40,302 nt of DNA from a virus, in the UHGV virus genome UHGV-1363354; one strand, written 5' to 3'. The first letter of the stretch is position 1; each line of letters starts with the position of its first letter. The notes under the pieces were generated by a model that saw nothing but the letters and a program-made list of their open reading frames with translations, was not told the origin of the DNA and did not search any database. Of the stretch, positions 25,173 to 34,670 are shown piece after piece. The translations under genes and the position numbers were made by a program.

Positions 25173-25528
25173 AACTCAATTTCCTGGTAACGGTCCCTAA
25201 TATCCGCCAGCGCTTCTAAGCGCACCTGGCGGGCCGCAAGTTCGCAATGGCTAACCATACCGTCGAAGTATACCCCAGCATGCCACACAATGCGCGACCC
25301 AACACGGCAGCCCATTAACACCGCATCGAAATTCTGTGGCACGTCTACCCGGGAAAGCCCGGATGGGTCACGATGGCCGGCGTCAAAAGCCGCATCTATC
25401 TTGGTAGGGGAAATCACGTCGAAGATCGGCGTATCGAGCCCAGCCGCCGCGCGCACGCGGCGAACGTGATGCCAGCAATGGTATGTCCTGAAATTGTATG
25501 GCGTGCCGGTGTAGTCGTTTATATTCAC
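25163..25528 (-). CDS. Tail-associated NlpC/P60 family peptidase (lambda gpK-like)
   Basis: Cys-His-His arrangement (HCWHHVRRV ... HAGVY ... HC) in the gpK position. Confidence 0.55.
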   Translation of the reverse strand: MNINDYTGTPYNFRTYHCWHHVRRVRAAAGLDTPIFDVISPTKIDAAFDAGHRDPSGLSRVDVPQNFDAVLMGCRVGSRIVWHAGVYFDGMVSHCELAARQVRLEALADIRDRYQEIEFWR

Positions 25529-26055
25529 GATGCGAGGACCCCGCGCAATAATGGGATCTCTGTCGGCGTCGCTAAAAGGCCGGTGCCGCGCTCGTTGAGC
25601 CGTGGCACGCCGACGTCGGCGGTAAAAACGCCCTTTTCCTGTGATAGCGACTGCAGGTCATAAGTAACCGGCCCGTCGCAGGGATAGGATAAATCGGTAC
25701 TGATAAACCGGCGATATGTGAAAACGGGCCACTCCTGGTTGTCCAGCGGAATATTCTGCATTTCGTCGTCCAGCTGGTTACCGACATCCGGCAGCGTGAA
25801 AGATGCCTGCTGGTCGAGGTTGTTGCTGTTCGCCGCATTATTCGCGTTCATCGGTGAAGGCTCAAACGTCACCGTTTCCCCAGTCTCCAGCGTTGCCGTT
25901 AATGGGGAAGTCCCTTTGACGATCAGATACCGTTTCGAAAGCAGTGGGTGCGTTATCTCGACCGTCTCATAGTCGATCTGGCCTTCCGGGTTAGAGGCCA
26001 GCTTGCGCTTGTAGGCTTCTTTTACTGATTCTTCGCTCATTGCATCGGGTCCCAT
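25525..26055 (-). CDS. Minor tail protein (lambda gpL-like position)
   Basis: Gene order tape measure-M-L-K-J. Call is by position only. Confidence 0.4.
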   Translation of the reverse strand: MGPDAMSEESVKEAYKRKLASNPEGQIDYETVEITHPLLSKRYLIVKGTSPLTATLETGETVTFEPSPMNANNAANSNNLDQQASFTLPDVGNQLDDEMQNIPLDNQEWPVFTYRRFISTDLSYPCDGPVTYDLQSLSQEKGVFTADVGVPRLNERGTGLLATPTEIPLLRGVLAS

Positions 26056-26531
26056 ATCCGCGGAAAGTGGGTCTGGTCATAGGCATACTGCGTCAGGAAG
26101 CGGTTAAGGCTGTCACCATAGCAGCCGAAGAGGTCCGGCAGATTGGCGGTGAGACAATCGCTATCCTGGTTAGGCGTGCGCTCGGCGGTCAACGTGAACG
26201 AGATAACCCAATTTTTTCCGTCCTGCGTGGTGTCGCTGATCGTGCTGGTGATCCAGACCTGGTGATCCTGCAGGCCCAGACCACTGTCCAGCGTCATAAC
26301 GAACGAATTGGCGCCGCCGTCTATCTGGTTCAGGAATGCGTAGAACGCCTGCCGGCCGAGCGACGAAACAACCAGCACGACGCTAAACGGCACAGCATCG
26401 TAAAACGTGTCACGTCCCTGGCGCGGTGCGCCCCCTTGCACATCGTTACGGTAGATGTTGTTACCGCGGGTCAACGAGTAACCCTGGTTCACTATTGGCC
26501 GCAGAGAGGCCGGGAATCTCAAAGATGACAT
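26037..26531 (-). CDS. Minor tail / distal tail protein (lambda gpM-like position)
   Basis: Immediately downstream of the tape-measure gene. Confidence 0.4.
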   Translation of the reverse strand: MSSLRFPASLRPIVNQGYSLTRGNNIYRNDVQGGAPRQGRDTFYDAVPFSVVLVVSSLGRQAFYAFLNQIDGGANSFVMTLDSGLGLQDHQVWITSTISDTTQDGKNWVISFTLTAERTPNQDSDCLTANLPDLFGCYGDSLNRFLTQYAYDQTHFPRIWDPMQ

Positions 26532-26534
26532 AAT

Positions 26535-28802
26535 TTAAAATCCTGGCTGGTTGCGCGTGTTACGGCGGGATAGCGAGATCTGCGAATTACTGTCCTGCAT
26601 GTCGCTGGATACCGTTTCCCGGATAAGTATACGTAATCGCCCTTCATCATCGCGTTCTGTGCTGGCCTGGTCAATACGCCCGGTAGTCTGGTTGACGATC
26701 ACCACACTATCGCTACTGTTCTGCTTGCTGCCGTTCTCACCCATAATCTGGCGCATCTGCTGCGCGGTGCGCACGCGCGACGCCGAGGCGGGCATAATCA
26801 CTTCTGGCTTGCCGCGCTCGGCGATAGTCGACGCCTGCCCCGCGGCCAGCGCGCCGCCCTGTTCGCGTGCCGATCGAATCTTGGCGACGTTTGCCAGACC
26901 CGCAGCTACGATGGTGGCCGCGAGTATAGGTCCAAGAATGGGCCCGCCCTCCGCCAGTGCCTTAGTTGCCGCGAGATACGTTGATATAACAGACTGCGTT
27001 ATTGCGGCAGCCTTATAAACGGCGGTATTTTCGTCACTGGCTGCGGCGACATTACTGGCGATCTGCTCCCAGGTGCTGAGGTCGGCCTGCAGGGATTCCT
27101 CATTTTTCTGCTTTTGAAGCTCTATCTTCGCGTTCTGGTATTCTTCTTCGCTCACCAGACCTTTTTTATGGAACTCGTCAAGTTTTTCCTGCTTGATGGC
27201 ATATTGCCGGTCTAATTCTGCGGCTTCTCCCTCAAAACTAGACTGTAGCTGTGCTATATACGCGTCAGCGGATTTTTGGTCGTTCATCCGCTCTTCGGTC
27301 TGCTTGGTCAGAAGCTCGTTACGCTGGGTATCCGCATCCTGCATTATCTGTGTTTTGGCGTCTTCATACTCCTGCTGGCTCAGGAGCCCGGCTTTATTAA
27401 ACTCCGCCAGTTTCGCCAGTTTCTGCTGTTCCTGCGCATCGATCGCCTTAAACTCGTCCTGGTTCTGCCGCGCTAACGTCGCAAGGAAGTCCGCAGCCTG
27501 TTTCTTCTGCTGTTCCAGTTGTTTAGCCGCGGCTTTTGCGGCCTTATCCGCGCTCGCCGAAGTTCCACCAGTTGTGCCGCCAGACGCACCCGGCTTGTTT
27601 ACCAGATCCTGTAATTTGGTTTCCTGATTGCGTTTCTCTTCATACTGGCGACGTTGCTCGGCAATTTCTTTCTGACGCAGCGCGGAGCGCTCGCGGATCC
27701 CGTCGGCCTCTGCTTTAGACGCCGCAAGGGATGCCGCATAAGCCTTGTCCGCCTCTGCCGTCATATTCTTATACGTGAGGCTTGCTGTCTTGCTCACGTC
27801 GAACACATCAACCAGTGACTGTCCTAACGCTACCGCATAATCGTCGATGCGCTGGAACCAGGCGATGATGTCGTGGAATGTCTGCTGTATCTCCGGCAGC
27901 CAGTCCCGGATCGCGTCCGGTACCGTCATCAACGAGTCGGCCATATCGTTACTGTGGCCTTCGGTATCAAAGGCCAGGTCGTTCAGTGCGTCCGATATAA
28001 ATTTAAACGAGTCATCGAACAGGTCGCGCCAGTCGCGGATCGCCCCTATTAGCTCGCCGGATGCAATAGCGTCACTAAGGGACTGGATCGCGTCTTCTGC
28101 GATCTTCGCCTGCTCTGCCAAAGCGTCGCCGAAGCCGGATTGAGCAATGTTAAGCACCAGGCCGTCGAAGGTATCTTCCAGGCTGGACAACACGCCATCA
28201 AGCGAGTTGGCGCGGGCTTCCATCGCCCCGGCAAAGTCAGTGTTACCGATGTTGAGAAGGTATTTCTGAATCTCTTCCGAGTTTTTCTTGACGGTCGTCG
28301 TCACGCCCCGGAAAGTGAAGGATACGTTATCACCCTGCTGGCTGGCTTTGATGCCAAACTCTTTCAGACGTTCGAACTCGCCCGTAGCTGCGTCCGCCAC
28401 GGCTTCGATCATCTGGTTAAGGTCTTTACCCATCGCGGCGGCAGTGTTGCCGTAGGATATGAGGGCTTCTTTGCTCGGGTTGAGGCCGAGGGCCACCAGT
28501 TTAGTGAACCCCTCTACCGCCTGATTCAGGCCGTAGGGTGTGTCTTTTGCAAACTGCTGAAGGATGGAGAAGGCCTTCGCGGCATTCTCCGTGCTTCCGG
28601 TCATCGTGACCAGACCGGCGTTAAGTTTGTCAAAATTCCGTTGGGAGGCAACCAGCGAGTCAAAGACCTGTTTTGCCGTCGCAAGCCCGCCGATGGCCGT
28701 ACCCGCGGCGACGGCGGCTTTACCCAGTTTACCCAGACTCGCGCTGGCACTGTCAACGCCGTTGGTCGTTACCTTGATAATAAGGCTTGCGATATCAGCC
28801 AT
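26535..28802 (-). CDS. Tail tape measure protein
   Basis: 755 aa, Ala/Gln/Glu-rich with long coiled coils. Follows the G/GT chaperones. Confidence 0.8.
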   Translation of the reverse strand: MADIASLIIKVTTNGVDSASASLGKLGKAAVAAGTAIGGLATAKQVFDSLVASQRNFDKLNAGLVTMTGSTENAAKAFSILQQFAKDTPYGLNQAVEGFTKLVALGLNPSKEALISYGNTAAAMGKDLNQMIEAVADAATGEFERLKEFGIKASQQGDNVSFTFRGVTTTVKKNSEEIQKYLLNIGNTDFAGAMEARANSLDGVLSSLEDTFDGLVLNIAQSGFGDALAEQAKIAEDAIQSLSDAIASGELIGAIRDWRDLFDDSFKFISDALNDLAFDTEGHSNDMADSLMTVPDAIRDWLPEIQQTFHDIIAWFQRIDDYAVALGQSLVDVFDVSKTASLTYKNMTAEADKAYAASLAASKAEADGIRERSALRQKEIAEQRRQYEEKRNQETKLQDLVNKPGASGGTTGGTSASADKAAKAAAKQLEQQKKQAADFLATLARQNQDEFKAIDAQEQQKLAKLAEFNKAGLLSQQEYEDAKTQIMQDADTQRNELLTKQTEERMNDQKSADAYIAQLQSSFEGEAAELDRQYAIKQEKLDEFHKKGLVSEEEYQNAKIELQKQKNEESLQADLSTWEQIASNVAAASDENTAVYKAAAITQSVISTYLAATKALAEGGPILGPILAATIVAAGLANVAKIRSAREQGGALAAGQASTIAERGKPEVIMPASASRVRTAQQMRQIMGENGSKQNSSDSVVIVNQTTGRIDQASTERDDEGRLRILIRETVSSDMQDSNSQISLSRRNTRNQPGF

Positions 28803-29079
28803 CTTCCCGGCCCTCGAAAATTGCGTCCAGGCCCATGATAAGGCCAGCTTCGAAAATGCTTATGTTCTGCTTAGTTACCTGCTGATACGCCACTATGTCG
28901 GACCAGTCTACCGCTTTACGCGGTATTAGTGTAACGGCTTCCGGCGTGACCTTGTGCGCAAACTTCAAATCTTTGTACTTGTTGAAAATGGGTAGCATGT
29001 CCGGGGGGCATTCTGGCCCGGTAGCCCGCGCTGTAACTCTCCCGCCGTGGCTGATACCCATCGCCGTCAGCGCCGCCAT
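28795..29079 (-). CDS. T-portion of the tail assembly chaperone fusion, reached by a programmed -1 frameshift from G
   Basis: The -1 frame relative to the G ORF is open from about 29205 down to 28795, overlapping the G stop. Confidence 0.55.
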   Translation of the reverse strand: MAALTAMGISHGGRVTARATGPECPPDMLPIFNKYKDLKFAHKVTPEAVTLIPRKAVDWSDIVAYQQVTKQNISIFEAGLIMGLDAIFEGREDG

Positions 29080-29159
29080 GTGGCCGTCCTCAATTGCATC
29101 AAACTTCTGCTGTCTGTAGCGATCGACGAACGTCCACGTAGCAAATTGGTACAGCGCTG

Positions 29160-29585
29160 TTACTTTTCCTTCTGGCTTTCGCGCAGGGTAGCCATGAAGG
29201 CCGCCACCATGTTACCCAAGCCTTTGTACTGACTAAGCAGCGTAGCGAATGCCTCTTTGGTGAAAGGCTCCGCCTCGCCCGTCTCTGCGTCAATGAAGCT
29301 CCAGCCGTTGACAATTTCCAGGGCCATTTCATCGTTCAGTCGCGCGCAGGCGTCGTTAACCTGAATCGCGTAGGATACCTGGTCGCCGGACTCTTTCAGC
29401 GGTTCCAGCTCTTTAATGACGGCCTGATATGCGGCAAAGAACGCGCGGTTCGCCTGCTCGACCTCATCGGCAGCAGGTAGCATCACGTTCAGCCACTCAC
29501 CGGAATCGCTGCCGTCTGGCAGGGGGATCGCCATGTGCGTGCCTACTACAGCTTTATCTTTGAAATAAAAATCACGTAACTGCAT
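29160..29585 (-). CDS. Tail assembly chaperone (lambda gpG-like)
   Basis: 141-aa acidic protein between the major tail and tape-measure genes. Ends ...ESQKEK* with GAAAAGTAA at the 3' end. Confidence 0.55.
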   Translation of the reverse strand: MQLRDFYFKDKAVVGTHMAIPLPDGSDSGEWLNVMLPAADEVEQANRAFFAAYQAVIKELEPLKESGDQVSYAIQVNDACARLNDEMALEIVNGWSFIDAETGEAEPFTKEAFATLLSQYKGLGNMVAAFMATLRESQKEK

Positions 29586-29700
29586 GTTTTGCGCCTCGGT
29601 TTGTGTGTCGTGGAAATATTTTAGCTTTTTTCTTGCGCTTTATCCAACGGCACTTTATATTAGTCCTGTAATATTAGTTCACACATAAAAGGAAGCGCCA

Positions 29701-29877
29701 TGAATTCTTTAATTTTTACCATGCTCGTTGTTAACTTCATCCCGTGGTTCGTCGCTTTGCACCGCAACCATAACGCAAAGCTGGGCGTGTTTATCAGTAG
29801 CCTGTTCCTTAACTGGACTCTGCTGGGCTGGGTGTTAAACCTGGTTTGGGCCTGTAACTCTAATACGAAGAAATAAG
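29701..29877 (+). CDS. Superinfection immunity protein (Imm-like small membrane protein), plus-strand moron with own promoter
   Basis: MNSLIFTMLVVNFIPWFVALHRNHNAKLGVFISSLFLNWTLLGWVLNLVWACNSNTKK. HRNH and NWTLLGW signature. Two transmembrane helices. TTGCGC - 17 - TATATT promoter at about 29642-29670. Confidence 0.5.
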
Positions 29878-29903
29878 GAGGGGGCCGTGGTTAAAATGCT
29901 AAA

Positions 29904-29927
29904 GGCCCCTTCCGGGGCCTTTCTTTT
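29904..29927. terminator. Bidirectional terminator GGCCCC-ttcc-GGGGCC + TTTCTTTT
   Basis: Follows the imm-like gene on the plus strand. Abuts the major tail gene stop on the minus strand. Confidence 0.55.
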
Positions 29928-31092
29928 ACGCGTATACAATGCGCTGAATGACGATAGACGACTGCTGGCTGTTGCCCGTCGCCTGGCCCTCGATACTTTG
30001 AGTAACCGACTCTGCGCCGCCAATCTCCGGCGTTACTGCTGTTAGCTCCGCCCGTTTCAGAGAGAACGACATAGCGCCGCTCACCCCGGCCAGAATAGAG
30101 TTAATTTCTACCGGTGTCTCGTTGATGAATTTCTGGATCATCGCCATGTCGTACAGCTTGCCAGCAATCGAGAAAGTGTTAGTTGCGCGGCCACGCTCAA
30201 CGAAAGCCACGTTGCTGTTACCTAACTCAAACTGCGCAGAGGCTGCGTTGTCGTTGGTGATGGTCAGCGTGTCGCATTTCAGCGGTTCGGTGCCATCGAA
30301 CACAGACACGTCGACCGAGGCGAACGGCTGGGCGTCAAATACGATCTGCGAGAAATCGGAACCGGCCGGCGGTTCCGTGAGCACTTCCTGCGACATACCG
30401 ATGAACGGGAAGCTGCCGGTGATCATGGCGTTAACCGCTTGCTCGATAGTGAAGCCTGAAATCTCAACGCCACGCGTAATAACGAAGCTGTCCGGGTTAC
30501 CGCACTGGCCTTTGAACCAGGTCAGCACAGAGAAGGTTTTACACAGGTTCCCGGTTCCCAGCTTGTCGCCAGTGGCGTAATCTGTCTCAACCGCGGCGGC
30601 GGTAGTCAGGGCGTGTTGGATAGCCGCTCCAGTAACAACCAGCTCGGTAACGGCGGTCACGATAAACGGCAGCGCATTGTTGCCCGCCAGCCCCGCGAAG
30701 CGAATCAGGTCGCCGACTTCAACGCCATCAGTCAGGAAACTACCGTCCGCGCGGGTGAACGTTTTCGCGGTGGCGTCAACGGCTACAGAGAGCGCCGTAC
30801 CCGACACGCCCGCAGCCCATGAAGAAGTCATGGCGCCCGCCAGCAAATCATCCTGGCTTTTCGAACTCAGTTCGATCGCATATTCCCCGGAGACCTGTCT
30901 GTTACCGGTGCGGATGAATGCTGTTTCGCGGCTGCCGTCCAGCTCGTTAGATGTCAGCGCGTCGCGCGTCATCGCCGGAACGCCGCCAGTGTTGCGCAGA
31001 GGCGACCACACCGGGTTAGCAGGAGTTGTGCCAGGGGTCGTCTCTTCGGTGTAGAATTGCGCTGTTAGTGCGCCTTTGTATGGCTGTACCAT
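29926..31092 (-). CDS. Major tail (tube) protein
   Basis: 388 aa. Lies between the tail-terminator-like gene and the G/GT chaperones. Confidence 0.6.
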   Translation of the reverse strand: MVQPYKGALTAQFYTEETTPGTTPANPVWSPLRNTGGVPAMTRDALTSNELDGSRETAFIRTGNRQVSGEYAIELSSKSQDDLLAGAMTSSWAAGVSGTALSVAVDATAKTFTRADGSFLTDGVEVGDLIRFAGLAGNNALPFIVTAVTELVVTGAAIQHALTTAAAVETDYATGDKLGTGNLCKTFSVLTWFKGQCGNPDSFVITRGVEISGFTIEQAVNAMITGSFPFIGMSQEVLTEPPAGSDFSQIVFDAQPFASVDVSVFDGTEPLKCDTLTITNDNAASAQFELGNSNVAFVERGRATNTFSIAGKLYDMAMIQKFINETPVEINSILAGVSGAMSFSLKRAELTAVTPEIGGAESVTQSIEGQATGNSQQSSIVIQRIVYA

Positions 31093-31094
31093 TT

Positions 31095-31511
31095 TTATAG
31101 CCTCGCAGTATATGCTATGAAATTAATGGATAGCGGGCGCTTGGCCCATCCGTTTTGCACTATCAGAGGCCCCAGGCTCACCGATCGCACTTCGGCGCAA
31201 ATTGCGTTGCGCGACACCGCAGATCCCGCTTTAAACGCCGCATTCAATAAGTCTGCCATTTTATTAAGGTCGGCGCTACCTACGGTCGAGGCGTAATTAA
31301 TGTCAACCTGATAAATACCGGCACGCCGTTCCGTCCAGGACAAGTCGCCCTGCTCGGTATCCGCAAGTAACATGTAACTCGCCAGATACGGCGTTGCCGT
31401 TGATGTGGGCGCGTCAATGTTCTCCAGCGCAACGGCGATATTGTTGGCCTCGCCGAAGGCCTTCAACGCGATATCAAACGCTTTCGTCAGGTCTTCAAAA
31501 TACCCGGCCAT
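31095..31511 (-). CDS. Tail terminator-like protein (lambda gpU position)
   Basis: 138 aa, immediately upstream of the major tail gene. Confidence 0.4.
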   Translation of the reverse strand: MAGYFEDLTKAFDIALKAFGEANNIAVALENIDAPTSTATPYLASYMLLADTEQGDLSWTERRAGIYQVDINYASTVGSADLNKMADLLNAAFKAGSAVSRNAICAEVRSVSLGPLIVQNGWAKRPLSINFIAYTARL

Positions 31512-31512
31512 G

Positions 31513-31974
31513 TCATGTCATCCTCGCTGCCGCTTCGTCGATCAGCCGCTGAAATCTGGCTACGTTCACTCGCACCATGCCGTTCGGCGCCTGTTTAGAA
31601 AATCCGCCTACGGTATTAGGCCCATCGCCAGGGTACCCGCCGAACTCCAGCACCTCCGCATACGGAAGATTGTTTGTTAACCGGAATTCGTCCCATTTCG
31701 GGTTATTAAGCACAAACTCGGTGACGTTACTTATGGCCCGGGCCCCCGTCGGATCGTTGGCGATAAGAATTCCGTCTTTAGGCTTTCCGTATGATGCCTG
31801 CCAGTTCATCCGGAATCGCCCCGTATCAACCGGGCTTGCAAGAATTATCTGCGAATATAGCTTAATTGTTACCTGCCTGACGACAAGCTCTGGGTTTTTC
31901 TTCGCCTTTCGAATGAAGTTTTCAATAGACGCTTCGAAACTGGTAGCCATTATTTTCGCACCTGAATAAACCAC
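31513..31974 (-). CDS. Tail completion / head-tail joining protein (gpZ or HK97 gp10-like position)
   Basis: 153 aa. Call is by position only. Confidence 0.35.
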   Translation of the reverse strand: MVYSGAKIMATSFEASIENFIRKAKKNPELVVRQVTIKLYSQIILASPVDTGRFRMNWQASYGKPKDGILIANDPTGARAISNVTEFVLNNPKWDEFRLTNNLPYAEVLEFGGYPGDGPNTVGGFSKQAPNGMVRVNVARFQRLIDEAAARMT

Positions 31975-32309
31975 GCGATCACGTCATCGTTCACCATCTT
32001 CGTTTCGATAGCGACGATTGACCATTCAGCACCGTTAAACGACACCTTATCTTCCGTCTTCGGCAGCACGCTGTGATCGGCCCTAACGATCATGTCGCCT
32101 GCTTGTATGGTAGTTCCGTTCACCAGCGCCACGTTAACCGGTACGGGGACCGAGTTTAGCGGGATAGTTACGGAAGGGGAAACCACATATTCGCCTTCCA
32201 CCGGGTCCCACACTTTAGTCCCGGCGCGAATCAGGTTAACAGAGCTGCCGTATGTGCCTAAGAGCCTGGTCGCGGTTTTCTGCATGCGCTTACTGAATGC
32301 ACTGGACAT
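31950..32309 (-). CDS. Head closure / head-tail adaptor protein
   Basis: 119 aa. Call is by position only. Confidence 0.35.
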   Translation of the reverse strand: MSSAFSKRMQKTATRLLGTYGSSVNLIRAGTKVWDPVEGEYVVSPSVTIPLNSVPVPVNVALVNGTTIQAGDMIVRADHSVLPKTEDKVSFNGAEWSIVAIETKMVNDDVIAWFIQVRK

Positions 32310-32941
32310 TATGCCGGCTCCAGACGAGAGATGACGAGAAGGCCAGAAGGCGCAGTGCCCCAGGCCGTGACCGTCGCTGCCTGCGGATAAATCCCGCCGA
32401 AGTTCGACCCGGCGCTGTCGCGCATGATCTGCACTGCGAAAGTCTGCCCGGCGGTGGCGTTGATAACCACGCGAGATTCGATCGGGATCGTTACGTCGGC
32501 GCTTACCAGTTTAGTCGCGGCTGGTGACCCATACTGCGCACCGGCAAGAAGTAGGCGAGATAATAGAATCGACGTGCCGCTGGCGCCGGTGCGTCCCGCC
32601 TGCAGCTTGATACGGACCGCATAATTACCCGCAACGTTGAACGTCACCAGTCCTGCAGCCGAGATAGAAACCGGGTCCGTTGGTGAGCCTTGCGCCGCGC
32701 CGAAAGCAACCTGCAGCGGGGTGTCAACGGCGGTGGGCGCCTGCGTAACTGTAGATATTGCACGCAACACCTCAACCTCTTTCACGCCGGCGGCCGCATA
32801 GATGGGGGAGTCCGCCAGTTGGGTTAGAACATTGCGCAAAATCTCAGGCGTGATAGCTCCGGACGTGTTATCCGCCAGGTCCGTCGCTATTTTGGTGAAC
32901 ATTTCGGTTTTGGTAAGCGCCATATCAGCCCCGGAATACAT
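32309..32941 (-). CDS. Structural hypothetical protein (210 aa, Ala/Thr/Gly-rich, beta-rich)
   Basis: ORF lies within the head-tail joining module. Confidence 0.35.
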   Translation of the reverse strand: MYSGADMALTKTEMFTKIATDLADNTSGAITPEILRNVLTQLADSPIYAAAGVKEVEVLRAISTVTQAPTAVDTPLQVAFGAAQGSPTDPVSISAAGLVTFNVAGNYAVRIKLQAGRTGASGTSILLSRLLLAGAQYGSPAATKLVSADVTIPIESRVVINATAGQTFAVQIMRDSAGSNFGGIYPQAATVTAWGTAPSGLLVISRLEPA

Positions 32942-33434
32942 TAAACGATGAGCCGTTATTCATGCCGCAAAGCAAAGGGCCCAGCGCGTCCATAGCGGTG
33001 GTAATAACGACACTGGTGCCATTGTTGCCGTTATTGAAATACTGTACCGTAACCGCGCCCTCTACGCGCTCCAGCGATGTGGCCCGTCCGTCGTTGGTGG
33101 CCCGAACATCGGTTCCGTCTCCGTACTCAACGGCAGCGGCCACCTGTGCGCGGATCACAGCTGCGGGGATCGTGTTACTGGCGACATCAAAGCCATACAG
33201 CGTAACTCCCTGCCGTGGGTAAGCCAGTTCTTGCGCAGTTGAGACCCGGCGCCCGCACATCGCAGGTTCCTGCAGGCCAACATATCCCGCACCATTGCGT
33301 AACGCCTGCTCCGCTTCCGTATCGTCGGCGGGCAACTCCCAGCCATATTTAGCCGCGAGTGCGCGGGCGTCCGACAAGCTAACATAGCTATCAGCCCCGG
33401 CTACAATGCTGCCATCCTCGACGATCAGCGACAT
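32925..33434 (-). CDS. Head-tail connector (gp6-like)
   Basis: MSLIVEDGSIVAGADSYVSLSDARALAAKYGWELPADDTEAEQALRNGAGYV resembles phage gp6-like head-tail connector proteins. Confidence 0.5.
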   Translation of the reverse strand: MSLIVEDGSIVAGADSYVSLSDARALAAKYGWELPADDTEAEQALRNGAGYVGLQEPAMCGRRVSTAQELAYPRQGVTLYGFDVASNTIPAAVIRAQVAAAVEYGDGTDVRATNDGRATSLERVEGAVTVQYFNNGNNGTSVVITTAMDALGPLLCGMNNGSSFNVFRG

Positions 33435-33437
33435 TGG

Positions 33438-33695
33438 TTATTCCTCCGGCTGTTCGGCGGATTTGTTGCGGCGTGCTTTGCGTGCCGGTTTGTCGGTGTC
33501 GCCCTGGATGGTAACAGTGCGCTCCACGCCGTCGGCATGGGTTTCGATAACCGCATCGGCTGGTGCAAAGCGCGCGTCAACGACACGAAAGCCCTGGCGG
33601 TGATATTCTTTCTTCTGCTCGACCGTAATCGGCATTACGACGTATTTGACTTCTAACATAACGGCTCCAGTTAATAAGGGGGCCGAAGCCCCCAC
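33438..33695 (-). CDS. Hypothetical small structural/accessory protein
   Basis: Immediately downstream of the major capsid gene. Confidence 0.35.
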   Translation of the reverse strand: MGASAPLLTGAVMLEVKYVVMPITVEQKKEYHRQGFRVVDARFAPADAVIETHADGVERTVTIQGDTDKPARKARRNKSAEQPEE

Positions 33696-33698
33696 TTA

Positions 33699-34667
33699 TT
33701 ACAGGTCTGCGTCGACGATGGCCAGCGTACCCAGGGTATGCTTGTTCTCGGCAACGACTTTGTCCCAGTTGGCCGACGTAGCCAGTTCGGCGTCGGTCGG
33801 AGATTTGCCGCCGTTGGTGACATCCCAGGCGTAACCTTTCAGTTTCAGACCGAAAGAGTAATCCGCCTGCCAGGTGGTTTCGATACGGGTTTTACCGTTC
33901 GACGTTTCCATGTTGGTGATAATGTCGCTGGTATTGTCTACGACGATACCCTGCGCCACAACCGACAGCACTTTCGACTTATTCGGCGCGCCTGCTTCAT
34001 ACAGGGCCGGGGAGTCGGTCACGACGTAGCGTTTGCCCAAGATATCGACAACCAGCACGTTACTGGAGACAAACAGCTGGTCAGCGTTGGTGATCGCCTG
34101 CCCGATCAGCTTGTGATACGCCGCGCCGGTCATGACGTCAGTCACCAGGAGCTGGGACTGATCGCCGAATTTAGCGTGGCTGTTATTCAGTGCGCCGAGG
34201 CTGATACCAGCACTCGCGGATACATCGTTAACCAGCGCAGTCTGGCCCGATACCGCGGCAACCGCTGCCGCTAATGCGGTGTTCAGCTGGTCCGCCAGCA
34301 GGGCGTCGGCGAAACCTTCTGAGATCGCCATAACCGCTTCGGTCGGGTTACGCTGCAGCCAGGTAAGCTGGGACGGCTCGAATACAATCGGGCCGAAACC
34401 GCCTGCAACTTTAACACCGACGTTTTCGCCCTGGGTTAAGTTGGTGCCTGCCTGGGTATCGATAGCGGCGTAGCGGTCAACGCGGCGCTGCGCGGACGCG
34501 ATCTGGTTGTAGAAAGATTCTTTGGTGAAGTCACCTTCCCACGCCTGCGAGGACAGCACGATAGCACCGCCGGAATTCGCGTTAAACTGGTCGGTTTTCT
34601 GGCCGAGCAGTTCGATGGTGGCGCCGTAAATCTGGCGGTCGTAAACCTTCATGTTCGAGAGAGACAT
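33699..34667 (-). CDS. Major capsid protein
   Basis: 322 aa, follows the scaffold gene in the canonical order. Confidence 0.65.
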   Translation of the reverse strand: MSLSNMKVYDRQIYGATIELLGQKTDQFNANSGGAIVLSSQAWEGDFTKESFYNQIASAQRRVDRYAAIDTQAGTNLTQGENVGVKVAGGFGPIVFEPSQLTWLQRNPTEAVMAISEGFADALLADQLNTALAAAVAAVSGQTALVNDVSASAGISLGALNNSHAKFGDQSQLLVTDVMTGAAYHKLIGQAITNADQLFVSSNVLVVDILGKRYVVTDSPALYEAGAPNKSKVLSVVAQGIVVDNTSDIITNMETSNGKTRIETTWQADYSFGLKLKGYAWDVTNGGKSPTDAELATSANWDKVVAENKHTLGTLAIVDADL

Positions 34668-34670
34668 ATT

